Part shown: positions 39,917 to 52,275 of the stretch, piece by piece
How the letters are laid out: each line of letters begins with the position of its first letter
Position numbering within the stretch: the first letter of the stretch is position 1
NCBI RefSeq assembly: GCF_006345805.1
Contig: NC_042999.1
Span: 160,208,001-160,272,000, forward strand
Source of the DNA: Octopus sinensis
Lineage: Eukaryota
Length of the DNA: 64,000 bases
Reading direction: 5' to 3'
Program-made: the position numbers and the translations under genes
The notes under the pieces: model-generated
What the model was told of the DNA's origin: nothing
Seen by the model: only the letters and a program-made list of their open reading frames with translations
Databases searched by the model: none

Positions 39917-40504
39917 AGAATACTGGAGGTATGTTCCAGTGAAGACCTCAAAAAAAATGTAAGCACAACAGACTGAGATAAAGAAGAGAAACTGTGTACA
40001 GTTGTGGAAATTAGCTGGCCAGTGGATGTTAACATAAAGCTGAAGATCAGTGAAAAAGAGAATACCTATGCTGAACTATTGAGAAATCTGCAGTTATTCT
40101 ATCCAGATTACAAGTTCAGGTTTATATCTGTAATTATTGGGGCCCTGGGATACGTAACACACTGCTTAAATACCAATCTTGAGAAATTAGGGTTCTCAAA
40201 ACCAGAAAGGAGAAAGGTAATTCGAAGACTACAGCTCCAATCCATCACCGGAACAGTAAAAATCTGTAAAACTTTCCAGAAGTTTATCATTTGAATATTT
40301 ATGAGCATATCTAGATATGCAACTATATGCATGAGAATACATAGATAAAGCAAAACATACAAATCTGCACATATACATAAATACATACATACAAACAAAA
40401 ATATCCAGTTGTTGGTGTTGAAATTCCAATGAAGGAGCCTTGGATCTAGGTTAGAAACCGTTTCTTTCTCTATTAGCAAGGAATCTTGAAATAAAACTGA
40501 ATAG
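39917..40504 (+). mobile_element. 5'-truncated RLE LINE (second family) flanked by (TACA)n
   Basis: [28 protein letters not shown]...ISVIIGALGYV...GTVKICKTF (RLE C-terminus) plus 3' UTR; (TACA)n at 39831-39914 and again from 40506. Confidence 0.8.
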
Positions 40505-40575
40505 TTACATACATATATACATACATACAGTCTTTTTTGTACTTCTTTTCATTTTGGCACTGAATCCATTATCGT

Positions 40576-40636
<61 letters not shown>

Positions 40637-40639
40637 TAT

Positions 40640-41045
40640 ATAATTTACAAGATAAGGGCAGAAGAAAAATTCTAATGCCAGATACGCCGAAACAAAAAAT
40701 TGTCTGCTCGGGACTTGGTGCTTGCTTCTTCCGTGGGTATGAATAAGTATTTCATTTATATCTCGCGTATGTGCCGCTGAAGAGGGGAAGATTTCTTGTG
40801 AATTAACCTCGAAATTGGACCAATACGGTAATAACGAATTTTTTAGAGATTTCTATCGGTTTGTTTCGAGACGCATAAATTTAATGGTTATCGACAATTT
40901 TTTGTTTCGGCGTATCTGGCATTAGAATTTTTCTTCTGCCCTTATCTTGTAAATTATGTATAAATTTTACCTTTAAAGGCATTTTTTGATATGCTGGCGA
41001 TTGATAAAATTTTTTTTCCCGAAAATCTTTTTATCCTATATCAAT

Positions 41046-41050
<5 letters not shown>
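40640..41050 (+). mobile_element. HHR-bearing element H1 with perfect 65-bp inverted repeats, embedded in (TA)n
   Basis: 40640-40704 is the exact reverse complement of 40893-40957; ~90-bp tail, then (TA)n; HHR inside. Confidence 0.85.
40772..40830 (+). ncRNA. Type I hammerhead ribozyme (H1)
   Basis: tgccg-CTGAAGA-gggg-(19 nt)-cctc-GAAA-ttgg-a-ccaa-TA-cggta. Full core, stems I/II/III of about 5/4/5 bp, predicted cleavage after AUA at 40825. Confidence 0.8.
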
Positions 41051-41112
<62 letters not shown>

Positions 41113-41737
41113 ATATATATATACATATATATATGATCCGGTTCTTGACTGAAGATTGAAGGCTTCGAATGTCCCCCCAAAAAATTCTGGCCAATTCGTT
41201 CGATTGAAACCCTTACAGGCTGTGCTGCAGCATGGCCGCAGCCAAATGATTGAAAGAAGTAAAAGACTTAAAAAGTATATGTATGTTTGTGTATATATGT
41301 GTGGACTTATTTATGTGTATGGGTACGCGCGTGATGTGTGTGTGTGTGTGTGTGTGTGTGATTGAAAGACAGGATGACCATAGCTGGGAAACCTTCAACA
41401 ATAAGGCCAGTTCAAGGGGAACGTGAGGGTCGACCTGGAGTTAATCAGCCTGACAACTACCACGGCAACAACGAAGAGATCTTTTAATGTAGCAAAATAG
41501 ATTTTATAAATTTAATTCCATTTAAACTCTGTTCGTATGAATTTCAACCTCAAGCTTTGCATTTATAATTCGCAGTCATAAGAACATATGTTTAAAATGT
41601 GATCTGATATTTTGTTTATATCTCAGCATTTCGCTAGAGAGTTAAACTAAAACTTCTAGTCTTTCAATTACTTCTTATCGAGTTCTCGTGTCCTCGAGTC
41701 CTCCTCCATATATATGGGGCATTACCATGAAGAATTT

Positions 41738-42004
41738 GGATCTTTTCGGTTTGATCGGGAGTTTTTAACATAATTTCTAGGTAACTAAAAATTTTAAACT
41801 TCGTATACTGGTAGAATATGTTTATAAAACATCTTTTTCTCTTGGCTTTATTGAGAAAATTCTATGGTTTGTAAGATATTTGTTGTTTTTTTCTTCAATT
41901 TCTGCATTTTCAACCAATCAGTGACGTCTATTGAGTTAAAAAAGCATTCTTTGCCGTATGAATATGTCCCTCGTTTAAGTAACAGATTGGGTTTATTTAC
42001 ATTT
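41738..42004 (-). mobile_element. GGATC-TIR MITE, truncated half
   Basis: One TIR; homology stops at gggtttatttacattt. Confidence 0.9.
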
Positions 42005-42131
42005 ATTTACGTTTATTTACATGCACACACACGCATAAATACATGCATACATACATACATATATGTGTATATATTTTATCAATACACACACACACACATA
42101 TATATATATATATGTATATATATGATATATA

Positions 42132-42167
<36 letters not shown>

Positions 42168-42268
42168 ATAAAAATGGTAAGACAACAAAAGAATGAAAGA
42201 GACCTCGATATTATGTAAATAGAGGAATTTATCTGTAAATGTAATATGTGACAATTATTCGGTAGCCA

Positions 42269-42330
42269 TGATAAAACTCCGAGTTTCGGATGCCGAGGTG
42301 GAAATCCGCGCGCCATCTCTTCAGTTATCA
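42269..42330 (-). ncRNA. Type I hammerhead ribozyme (H2, copy 1)
   Basis: Minus strand tgataa-CTGAAGA-gatg...catc-c-GAAA-ctc-g-gag-TT-ttatca. Stem I 6 bp, stem III with 1-nt loop, GUU site, one extra C beside stem II. Confidence 0.75.
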
Positions 42331-42598
42331 GGCCATCGGATAAAATGCTGTGAAAAATGACCGTTATACAAAGGAAATTACTGTGTGATTGACCGTTATT
42401 AAGACAAAAGAGCTTCTTGAATGACCGCTAAGTGAGGGGAGGGAGTAAAAGGAAAGGGGTAAAAAAGTTCATAGTATTCGCGTAAGCGCGCATGTTCATA
42501 CCTACGCATGCGCGCTCCCACACCACGTGTGGACTTATTTATCCAATAATTGTCACATATTACATTTACAGATATATATACATATACATACATACTAC

Positions 42599-42664
<66 letters not shown>

Positions 42665-42767
42665 TGATAAAAATGGTAAGACAACAAAAGAATGAAAGAG
42701 ACCTCGATATTATGTAAATAGAGGAATTTATCTGTAAATGTAATATGTGACAATTATTCGGTAGCCA

Positions 42768-42830
42768 TGATAAAACTCCGAGTTTCGGATGCCGAGGTGG
42801 AAATCCGCGCCGCCATCTCTTCAGTTATCA
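42768..42830 (-). ncRNA. Type I hammerhead ribozyme (H2, copy 2)
   Basis: Same fold as copy 1. Confidence 0.75.
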
Positions 42831-43084
42831 GGCCATCGGATAAAATGCTGTGAAAAATGACCGTTATACAAAGGGAAATTACTGTGTGATTGACCGTTAT
42901 TAAGACAAAAGAGCTTCTTGAATGACCGCTAAGTGAGGGGAGGGAGTAAAAGGAAAGGGGTAAAAAAGTTCATAGTATTCGCGTAAGCGCGCATGTTCAT
43001 ACCTACGCATGCGCGCTCCCACACCACGTGTGGACTTATTTATCCAATAATTGTCACATATTACATTTACAGATATATATACAT

Positions 43085-43160
<76 letters not shown>

Positions 43161-43161
<1 letters not shown>

Positions 43162-43310
43162 GCACGGCGGGTTCCTTTCAGTTTCCATCCAACAAATCTG
43201 CTGGCAAGGTTTTGGTCGATCCGAGGTTATAATAGAAGACTCTTGTCCATGGCCTCACGCAGTGAGACTGAACCCAGGACCATGTGGTTTGGAAGCAAAC
43301 TTCTTACCGG
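43161..43310 (-). mobile_element. SINE family C head half (diverged)
   Basis: cctttcagtttccatc...ggactgaacccaggaccatgtgg-like sequence. Confidence 0.75.
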
Positions 43311-43312
43311 AC

Positions 43313-43351
<39 letters not shown>

Positions 43352-43371
43352 TAGACAGACAGACAGATAGC

Positions 43372-43447
<76 letters not shown>

Positions 43448-43450
43448 CAC
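43311..43450. repeat. (GACA)n/(GATA)n microsatellite
   Basis: Direct inspection. Confidence 0.95.
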
Positions 43451-45184
43451 ACACTTGTAATTTGAAGATAGAATTGGTTAAGACTGGGATATGTGGCGAC
43501 GTTAAAAAAATTGTGTTCAAGTTGCTAACGAATTTTTTGTCAATAAGACAGTGCTGTATTCTTTATGTAAAATGATATCTATTTACAACCGAGTAGACTG
43601 AGCCAGCAAGTGTTTAGTGTGTTGACAAAGTGACAATGTTGGCAACAGAATGCGAATCATCAATATTTTTCAGGTGGTAAACTGATGTGCCTATGTGTGT
43701 CAGTCAGCCGTATTAATGGGTCTCTTTATTGTGTCACAAATAGACAAAAACAGCACTAGCAACAGTAGTAGCAACACGACTACTTCCACCACCACCAGCA
43801 ATAACAACAACAACAACAACGACAATAACAACAACAGCAACAATAGTAACACACACATGTCTATGTCCTGTTTTGGCTTAACTTCCTGTATGACACGATG
43901 TAGGGAGGCACAGCAATGGATGGCCAGAATTGACAGACCGTATCTGCATATCTACAGAAGATCTTATGTGAAAATTTCCTATGAAAATTTCCTCCAGGAG
44001 GCCATCTATCTCTCGTCAGCTGAATTTCTCCGAATAATTTGTTTCTTCAATGCTACCAGAGTTCGGGGAACCAAGCACACGTTCTATACTCCTTTTAAGC
44101 TAAAGCTAATAAATATATCCCAACAGTCTCTATCTGTCTTCAATGTGTTTCATGTAAAGCTGGCTTTAATTAGATAACGACAAAGCAGTCACAGTTTTAA
44201 AATAGAAACAGTTGAAATTAAATGTCCGTAAAAAATCTGTTCATTCAGTGAGAATTTCCCAGATTTATTATACTCAACTTAGTGTCTCTTTTGTTTTCAT
44301 TGCATAAATGTTTATCGAAAAACTTTTCCTTAGATTTGCCACAGTGTAAAACTGTCGAGCATTTCAACATATTAAAAATACTTCAAAATAACACGGAGAA
44401 GCATTTTAACGTAGGATAAATTAAAAGTGCGGGGAGTCACTGATATCTTTTAGGAAGATGACTAAAACATGTTCTGCGTTGTTTATCATACTTGCCGAAA
44501 TAATTAAAATAATATTATTCAGTGACTAATACTGTTTTATTTTCCCCTTCGCCTTTTCACTCAATTATTTCTATTCTAATGCACCCGTAGTATATATGAG
44601 AATTCTAACTCGACTACAGCATCTGACTACGACTCACTCACCAGCAAAAGACAGCTGTAATATACCTTGTGCTGCATCATCCACCGGTCAATCTTTTTAC
44701 TACTTTGGCGGTCCCTATTACTTTTCCATTGAATATCAACTTATTTTAGCTAAACGTGAACCCACTATGAGAGTTTCTCTCATGGTAACTACCGCAGTAT
44801 TGTTTGTTCTAACAGACCATCCACATTTAAGTGGAATAAATATTACCCCTCGGCATTAATACTGTCTCTTTCGCTAACATAATTTATTGACCACATCGAT
44901 CTCACTCATCTTAGAGGTCCTATGTAGCTCATTCTTTAGGCTTTGGATAATTCACTTTTGGAAACAACTCTTATTCTAACTGGGCCCCACCTGCAAGGTC
45001 ATGCGATGTTAATTTTGATATGAGATCCCCATGTCACGCACATATGGTTATGATGCATGCGCCTAGTGTACCCTTACCAGACGAGTAGTCATGATGGGTA
45101 TACTGAGCTTCGTATATTTTACCCCAGTGTTACTTTTGATGGCATGCACTGCTCTCTTACTCAATAATAATGATGTAAACATCA

Positions 45185-45185
45185 G

Positions 45186-45226
<41 letters not shown>

Positions 45227-45329
45227 GTGCGTGCGTGCGTGTATGTATGTATGTAAGTATGTAAGTATGTATGTATGTATGTATGTATGTATGTATGTAT
45301 GTATGAATGTATGTATGTATGTATGAATG

Positions 45330-45360
<31 letters not shown>

Positions 45361-45411
45361 GTATGTAAGTATGTATGTATGTGTGTGTATGTATATGTAT
45401 GTGTGTGTATG

Positions 45412-45443
<32 letters not shown>

Positions 45444-45490
45444 TGTATGTATGTATGTATGTATGTATGTATGTACGTACGTATGTATGG
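45185..45490. repeat. (TA)/(TG)/(TATG)n microsatellite
   Basis: Direct inspection. Confidence 0.95.
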
Positions 45491-46695
45491 AGTGGAGCAA
45501 TTGTGTATAGTTTTCTTTTCTGATTCGCTAGAACGTCTGTTAAATATAATGACGTAATGTTCGGTCTTCGCGTTCCAAGTCTCTTGGGTGTTGTTTCCTG
45601 TTCGTCTGCGTTCTCACATTGAACTTTGTTTTTAAAATCCCTGCACATGCGCCGGTTTGTTTCTTTTATTCAAAATAACTGCATATGCATATGCTTGACC
45701 TGATTTCTCTCAATAATGGTAAATGTGTTTATATGGTTCTCCAGTCATATTTCCCATCTGTGCATGCATGCATATTTATTCATATCTATGCACGCATGCA
45801 TCCTGCAGGCGTGTGATTACAATTTCTCGTTACTTCCAAAGTTAAACACCACAAACAAAAATAAATAAACTAAAATAAACAACGTGTAGATGAAGAAGTG
45901 AATGACACAAATGTACGAATTTTCTTTGAATTTCTTTGGCGAAAATATAAAAAATATTAATTCTAAAAATTATTCAGTTCTTTTCCAGAAAATGTTTTGT
46001 AGGAATTTTTTGTACTACATTTAAAAGAAGGACACCTACATACACACAAACGAAAGCATATACAACACTCGTACAATACAAAATGCCTTTGAGAAGATGC
46101 CGACGACCGCTCGGTTCAAAGTCTCCCTTGACCACAAGTGGCCTGAATTCTTTATATGAACACCACCCTGTACATAACTCCATGTCCCCTTACATGGCCA
46201 TGCTTTTTGCTTTTTGAGCCAAAATTAACTAACTAACTAACTAACTAACCCTTTTTTACATGTTTGTTTTGTATGTTTATGTAAATCCATATATGAAAGT
46301 TCATATGTTTATGTACGTACGTATGTGTGTATGCGTGTACGTTTCTTTTTCAATTGCTTGAATTCTTTCTATAAGAAACGAGTTGCATTAAAAGTAAAAG
46401 AATCATCGCTGGAATTTGGATGGCGAAAACAATAAGTGAATAAGTGTTACACATTAAACATAGGAAAGTTTTCTACACACTCGCACACACATTTCGCTTA
46501 GAGATGGTATCTGCAAAGTGCATTAGCTGGTTGTTTTCTTTGTCTGAATATCCTAGCTTTTCGAGATTGTCACTTAGACATCTAGTAACAAGGTCATGTC
46601 AATTTATATAATCTGCGTAGAGAAATGGAAGTTTTTGACGCAGTTGTCCATAGATATTCTCTTTTTCCAGCGATTTTTAAAAAAGAAATTTTCAT

Positions 46696-46858
46696 AGGCG
46701 TAGGAGTGGCTGTGTGGTAAGTAGCTTGTTTACCAACCACATGGTTCCGGGTTCAGTCCCACTGCGTGGCACCTTGGGCAAGTGTCTTCTGCTATAGCCT
46801 CGGGCCGACCAAAGCCTTATGAGTGGATTTGGTAGACGGAAACGGAAAGAAGCCCGTC

Positions 46859-46904
<46 letters not shown>

Positions 46905-47135
46905 ATATGTATGTATGTGATTGTTTATGTTTGTGTGTCTGTGTTTGTCCCCCCCCCAACATCGCTTGACAACCGATGCTGGTGTGTTTACGTCCCCATA
47001 ACTTTGCGGTTCGGCAAAAGAAACCGACAGAATAAGTATCAGGCTTCCAAAGAATGTTCTGGGGTCGATTTGCTCGACTAAAGGCGGTGCTCCAGCATGG
47101 CCACAGTCACATGACTGAAACAAGTAAAAGAGTAA
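46696..47135 (+). mobile_element. SINE family C, full length
   Basis: aggcgtaggagtggctgtgtgg head through aaaagagt tail. Confidence 0.92.
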
Positions 47136-47393
47136 ACTTGCAAACCAACTGATCTCGATGACTGCATATAATTCTTCGTTTTGTCTCCCCCAAAACGATA
47201 TTAGGCCTTTTTTTCATACACTTGGCGAAAGTTTTGATAAGAATGTTCCACCAATATTTTTTTGCTGTTGATAGGAATGTGTGTATTCATTAGCAAGGGC
47301 AATACAATTAGTAGTTTGTAAACCTGTCTGAACTGGCACATATTTCATCATTTATCTTATACTGAGCCATTGTGTTACAAGGCATAGAGTCAA

Positions 47394-47611
47394 CCCTTTA
47401 GCATTCAGATTATCTGTCAAATATAATACTTATTTATTCACATTGGTTTGAATTAAGCATGCGTTATCTTGTAGCTTTGAGATTTCGATAATGTAACTTT
47501 TTATTCTTAAAATGATATTGTGGAATAGTGAGGGAGGATAGATCTGGCTAATCTGAACATATAACAGATAGAATATTTGGGTGAGATATGGCTGGTTTAA
47601 ATGCCAAAAGG
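47394..47611. mobile_element. piggyBac-type MITE (duplicate at 48667-48883)
   Basis: t(c)aa-ccctttagcatt ... aatgccaaaagg-ttaa. Confidence 0.7.
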
Positions 47612-47952
47612 TTAAACACTGACGGGGAGAATACACATGTGTATATAAATATTTTCATATACACACAGAACGAGCTTCCTTGTAGTTTCCGCCTACCAGT
47701 TTCACTCATTTGGCATTAGTCAACTCAAAATTATTGTAGAAAACCCTCGCTCAATGTGTCACACAGTGTGACCGAACAGGAATAGATGGTTACAAAGTGA
47801 ACTTCTTAATCAAACAAAACTAAAGCCGCGCCTAAATGACCACCACTCAAATTTCTTTTCACTGCATTCGCGGATTCCCATTACTCTGAGTCGCCATTAT
47901 TATGGATTTGAATCGAGAGCTTGAGTCATATTGCGTCTTTCATCAGCTGATT

Positions 47953-48138
47953 CTCTCTTTTACTCTCTTTTACTTGTTTCAGTCATTTGACTGCGGCCAT
48001 GCTGGAGCACCGCCTTTAATTGAGCAACTCGACCCCGGGACTTATTCTTTGTAAGCCCAGTACTTATTCTATCGGTCTCTTTTGCCGAACCGCTAAGTAA
48101 CGGGGACATAAACAGACACACAACATACATACATTCAT

Positions 48139-48169
<31 letters not shown>

Positions 48170-48408
48170 GTATGTATATATGTATGTATGTGATTGTTTA
48201 TGTTTGTGTGTCTGTGTTTGTCCCCCCCCCAACATCGCTTGACAACCGATGCTGGTGTGTTTACGTCCCCATAACTTTGCGGTTCGGCAAAAGAAACCGA
48301 CAGAATAAGTATCAGGCTTCCAAAGAATGTTCTGGGGTCGATTTGCTCGACTAAAGGCGGTGCTCCAGCATGGCCACAGTCACATGACTGAAACAAGTAA
48401 AAGAGTAA
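47953..48408. mobile_element. Chimeric headless SINE C junction (minus-strand tail, (TA)n, plus-strand tail)
   Basis: Created at the duplication junction; the two tails form an inverted repeat. Confidence 0.85.
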
Positions 48409-49224
48409 ACTTGCAAACCAACTGATCTCGATGACTGCATATAATTCTTCGTTTTGTCTCCCCCAAAACGATATTAGGCCTTTTTTTCATACACTTGGCG
48501 AAAGTTTTGATAAGAATGTTCCACCAATATTTTTTTGCTGTTGATAGGAATGTGTGTATTCATTAGCAAGGGCAATACAATTAGTAGTTTGTAAACCTGT
48601 CTGAACTGGCACATATTTCATCATTTATCTTATACTGAGCCATTGTGTTACAAGGCATAGAGTCAACCCTTAGCATTCAGATTATCTGTCAAATATAATA
48701 CTTATTTATTCACATTGGTTTGAATTAAGCATGCGTTATCTTGTAGCTTTGAGATTTCGATAATGTAACTTTTTATTCTTAAAATGATATTGTGGAATAG
48801 TGAGGGAGGATAGATCTGGCTAATCTGAACATATAACAGATAGAATATTTGGGTGAGATATGGCTGGTTTAAATGCCAAAAGGTTAAACACTGACGGGGA
48901 GAATACACATGTGTATATAAATATTTTCATATACACACAGAACGAGCTTCCTTGTAGTTTCCGCCTACCAGTTTCACTCATTTGGCATTAGTCAACTCAA
49001 AATTATTGTAGAAAACCCTCGCTCAATGTGTCACACAGTGTGACTGAACAGGAATAAATGGTTACAAAGTGAACTTCTTAATCAAACAAAACTAAAGCCG
49101 CGCCTAAATGACCACCACTCAAATTTCTTTTCACTGCATTCGCGGATTCCCATTACTCTGAGTCGCCATTATTATGGATTTGAATCGAGAGCTTGAGTCA
49201 TATTGCATCTTTCATCAGCTGATT

Positions 49225-49581
49225 CTCTCTTTTACTCTCTTTTACTTGTTTCAGTCATTTGACTGCGGCCATGCTGGAGCACCGCCTTTAATTGAGCAAC
49301 TCGACCCCGGGACTTATTCTTTGTAAGCCCAGTACTTATTCTATCGGTCTCTTTTGCCGAACCGCTAAGTAACGGGGACATAAACAGACACACAAACATA
49401 CATACATTCATATATATATATATATATACGACGGCTTCTTTCAGTTTCCGTCGACCAAATCCACTCACAAGGCTTTGGTCGGCCCGAGGCTATAGTAGAA
49501 GACACTTGCCCAAGGTGCTACGCAGTGGGACTGAACCCGGAACCATGTGGTCGGTAAACAAGCTACTTACCACTGCGCCTA
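49225..49581 (-). mobile_element. SINE family C
   Basis: Tail to head match to the family. Confidence 0.9.
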
Positions 49582-50077
49582 TTGCATAACATTAGACACC
49601 ACCTCTATGGATGCAGGGTGGCTGATACTGAGATCAATATAATCGTCTTCGAGTGTCATATTTTTAGGGAATCGTATAGAGAATTCATATATTGCTCATG
49701 TAATGAGACCTGACTTAATCAACGATAGACAAACCTCAAATTTTGTGGCTTTATTATTTATTTTCACCAATATATAAAAAAAATTTAAGTTGTAACTATT
49801 GTTTAGTCACATAAGTTCAAATACTGCCATTGCGTACTTAATTTTTCATTGATATGGTATTGGTAACTCTAGTACCAGTCATATCTGGTGGAAATGCATT
49901 TGATCGTAGGTATACTTATCAGAGCAGAGCTTGAGTTGAACTACAACAATGACGAAAACGATGACAACAATGGCGACGACAACGACGATCTCCACCATAC
50001 AAGTAAAAGAATAAGACTTCGCTAGGAGTCTTATTCTTAGGAACGATTTTGTAGCCGTTAAATTATTTACGCCTCTG

Positions 50078-50291
50078 ACAAGGCGGCGAGCTGGCAGAAA
50101 CGTTAGCACGCCGGGCGAAATGCGTAGCCGTATTTCATCTGCCGTTACGTTCTGAGTTCAAACTCCGCCGAGGTCGACTTTGCCTTTCGTCCTTTCGGGG
50201 TCGATAAATTAAGTACCAGTTACGCAGTGGGTCCGATATCTGTCCTTGTTTGTCCCCTCTGTGTTTAGCCCCTTGTGGGTAGTAAAGAAAT
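50078..50291 (+). mobile_element. SINE family B with 17-bp TSD
   Basis: TSD aattatttacgcctctg at 50061-50077 and 50292-50308. Confidence 0.93.
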
Positions 50292-50509
50292 AATTATTTA
50301 CGCCTCTGGCAACTTATTAAAATTTTCTTTAAACATTCCACGCACGTTAGATAAGAAAATGTTCTGTAAAAATATTTTTAAAAAAACAGTCAGATACAAT
50401 AATGAATTCTACAAAAAAAAAAAAAAAATCGAGAAGAAAGCATTAAAGTTTGGGGAAATGTGCAGGGGTGCATTTAATCAATCACAGTGTTTGATTGATA
50501 ATTTTTCTC

Positions 50510-50900
50510 GGATCTTTTCGGTTTGAACGGCAGTTTTTTCTAGCGGTGTCATATGAAATTGTCACTCATAATTATGACCCTAGTATCGATCTATTGCATT
50601 TCAATCTGTTTTAGGGTTAGGGTTAGGGGTGGGGGGAAGGGTATCTCTTTTTCTTCACAAATGTAAATAAACCCAATCTGTTTCTTAAACGAGGGACATA
50701 TTCATACGGCACAGAATGCTTTTTAACTCAATTGCAGAAATTGAAGAAAAACAACAAATACCTAGCAAATTATAGAATTTTCTCAATAAAGCCAAGAGAA
50801 AAAGATGTTTTATAAACACATTCTACCAGTATATGAAGTTTAAAATTTTTTAGTTACCTAGAAATTATGTTAAAAACTGCCGTTCAAACCGAAAAGATCC
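50510..50900 (+). mobile_element. GGATC-TIR telomeric-repeat MITE (small internal deletion)
   Basis: Both TIRs; TSD tttttctc / ttttactc (7 of 8). Confidence 0.94.
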
Positions 50901-51242
50901 TTTTACTCTGTTGGCTCCAGAAAGTTGCAAGGTAAAATTTGACCATAGCGGGATTTGAAGTTAAAACGTATATATTCGCGATTGAATGTCACAAAATATT
51001 TCCTGCTCTGGTCGAGCAGCGAAGTTATCACTCCGCCGACATAAAATCTGAAAGAATGATAATTTCTCACATTTGAACAAGGCTTCAAAATTTTGGTGGG
51101 CTAAGTACTGTATTTCTAACCACTCCTATATTTAACAGATACCTTGGTTTACTGCCACCTCGTAGAGGGTTGAAAGAGAAATGACAAACCCTGCAGAATT
51201 TGAACTCAGAGCGTAAATGCCTCAAAGAACTTTATATGATGT

Positions 51243-51478
51243 CCTTATTTCTTTACTACCCACAAGGGGCTAAGCACAGAGGAGACAAACAAGGACAGAC
51301 AAACGGAGTAAGTCGATTATATCAACCCCAGTGCATAACTGGTACTTAATTTATCGACCCCGAAAGGATGAAAGGCAAAGTCGACCTGGGCGGAATTTGA
51401 ACTCAGAACCTAACGGCAGACGAAATACTGCTAAGCATTTCGCCCGGCGTGCTAACGTTTCTGCCAGCTCATCGCCTT
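51243..51478 (-). mobile_element. SINE family B, long monomer
   Basis: Reverse-strand match to 39539-39770. Confidence 0.92.
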
Positions 51479-52099
51479 AGAACTGTATATGGTGTTCTGC
51501 CAATTCTACGGTCTTCTCATTATTTAATTCCACATTTAACTGGGTTAGGGTTAGGGTTAGTGTCTATTGAATTTAGTGCTGGCTCCCTTGGCTTTTTCGA
51601 TCTCAATGCGATACAAGTATAGCCTTGATTAAATTCAAGTTATCATGTTGAAGAATTTAAGTATGTTAGCAGTTCTATAAAATATTATTTTCCAAATTTG
51701 AAACAAGTTCCCAAATTTTGCTTGGAGGAAATATTTTTTCATATCAACCGAGTTTCATGATTCACTGACTGAATTCGAACCAAGAACCACAAGGTATTTA
51801 GTTTTGTCAGTGTAAGTGAAGCTAAATATACAAGTGTGTATGTTTAGGTCTCTCTGTCCCCCCCTCTTTCTCTCTTTTACACACACACACGCACACACAC
51901 GCACACTCACGTACATAAAATTATATTTGCCTTTGATTTCGATACACGAGTGTCCAGTTTTTGATCAACTGAACTACCTACTCATTGAATGACTGCGATC
52001 AAATATTCCAAATACATGAATATCCTTTACGTCACTCTCAAGTAGAATTTATGTCATACAGTGTGAGACGATGCTGGAACCTTAAATTACTGGTACAAT

Positions 52100-52275
52100 C
52101 CATTCAACAGGCTTCCGCACAGTTTCCGTCGAACAAGTTTCACTCGCAGGGCTTAGGATGATCTGAATCTATAATAATGGGGCCTGCCCATAATTCCACG
52201 CTGTATATCACGACGTATAATACGCGGTGGAATTGAAACCGTAACCTCGTGGTCGCAAAGCAGACTTCTTACACC
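52100..52275 (-). mobile_element. Old SINE C-like head remnant (similar at 53960-54100, 47660-47835, 48935-49105)
   Basis: caggcttccgcacagtttccgtc...gaaaccgtaacctcgtgg...cttcttac. Confidence 0.55.

Larger units (their letters stand above)
42165..43140 (-). mobile_element. Tandem dimer (499-bp period) of HHR-bearing element H2
   Basis: Units start at 42165 and 42664. Each has a ~30-bp inverted repeat (tatctgtaaatgtaatatgtgacaattatt and its reverse complement), one HHR and (TA)n borders. Confidence 0.88.
46897..49410. repeat. ~1273-bp tandem segmental duplication
   Basis: 46897-48137 recurs at 48170-49410 with only about five differences seen; both breakpoints lie in (TA)n. Confidence 0.92.

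Noticed and set aside
45490-45700. Non-repetitive N-terminus of ORF 45157-45648 as a LINE piece next to (TACA)n
   Set aside because: No recognisable RT, EN or zinc-knuckle motif.
51542-51560. Isolated gggttagggttagggttag as a chromosome end or fusion scar
   Set aside because: Only about three units, internal; more simply a fragment of the TTAGGG-bearing MITE or chance.
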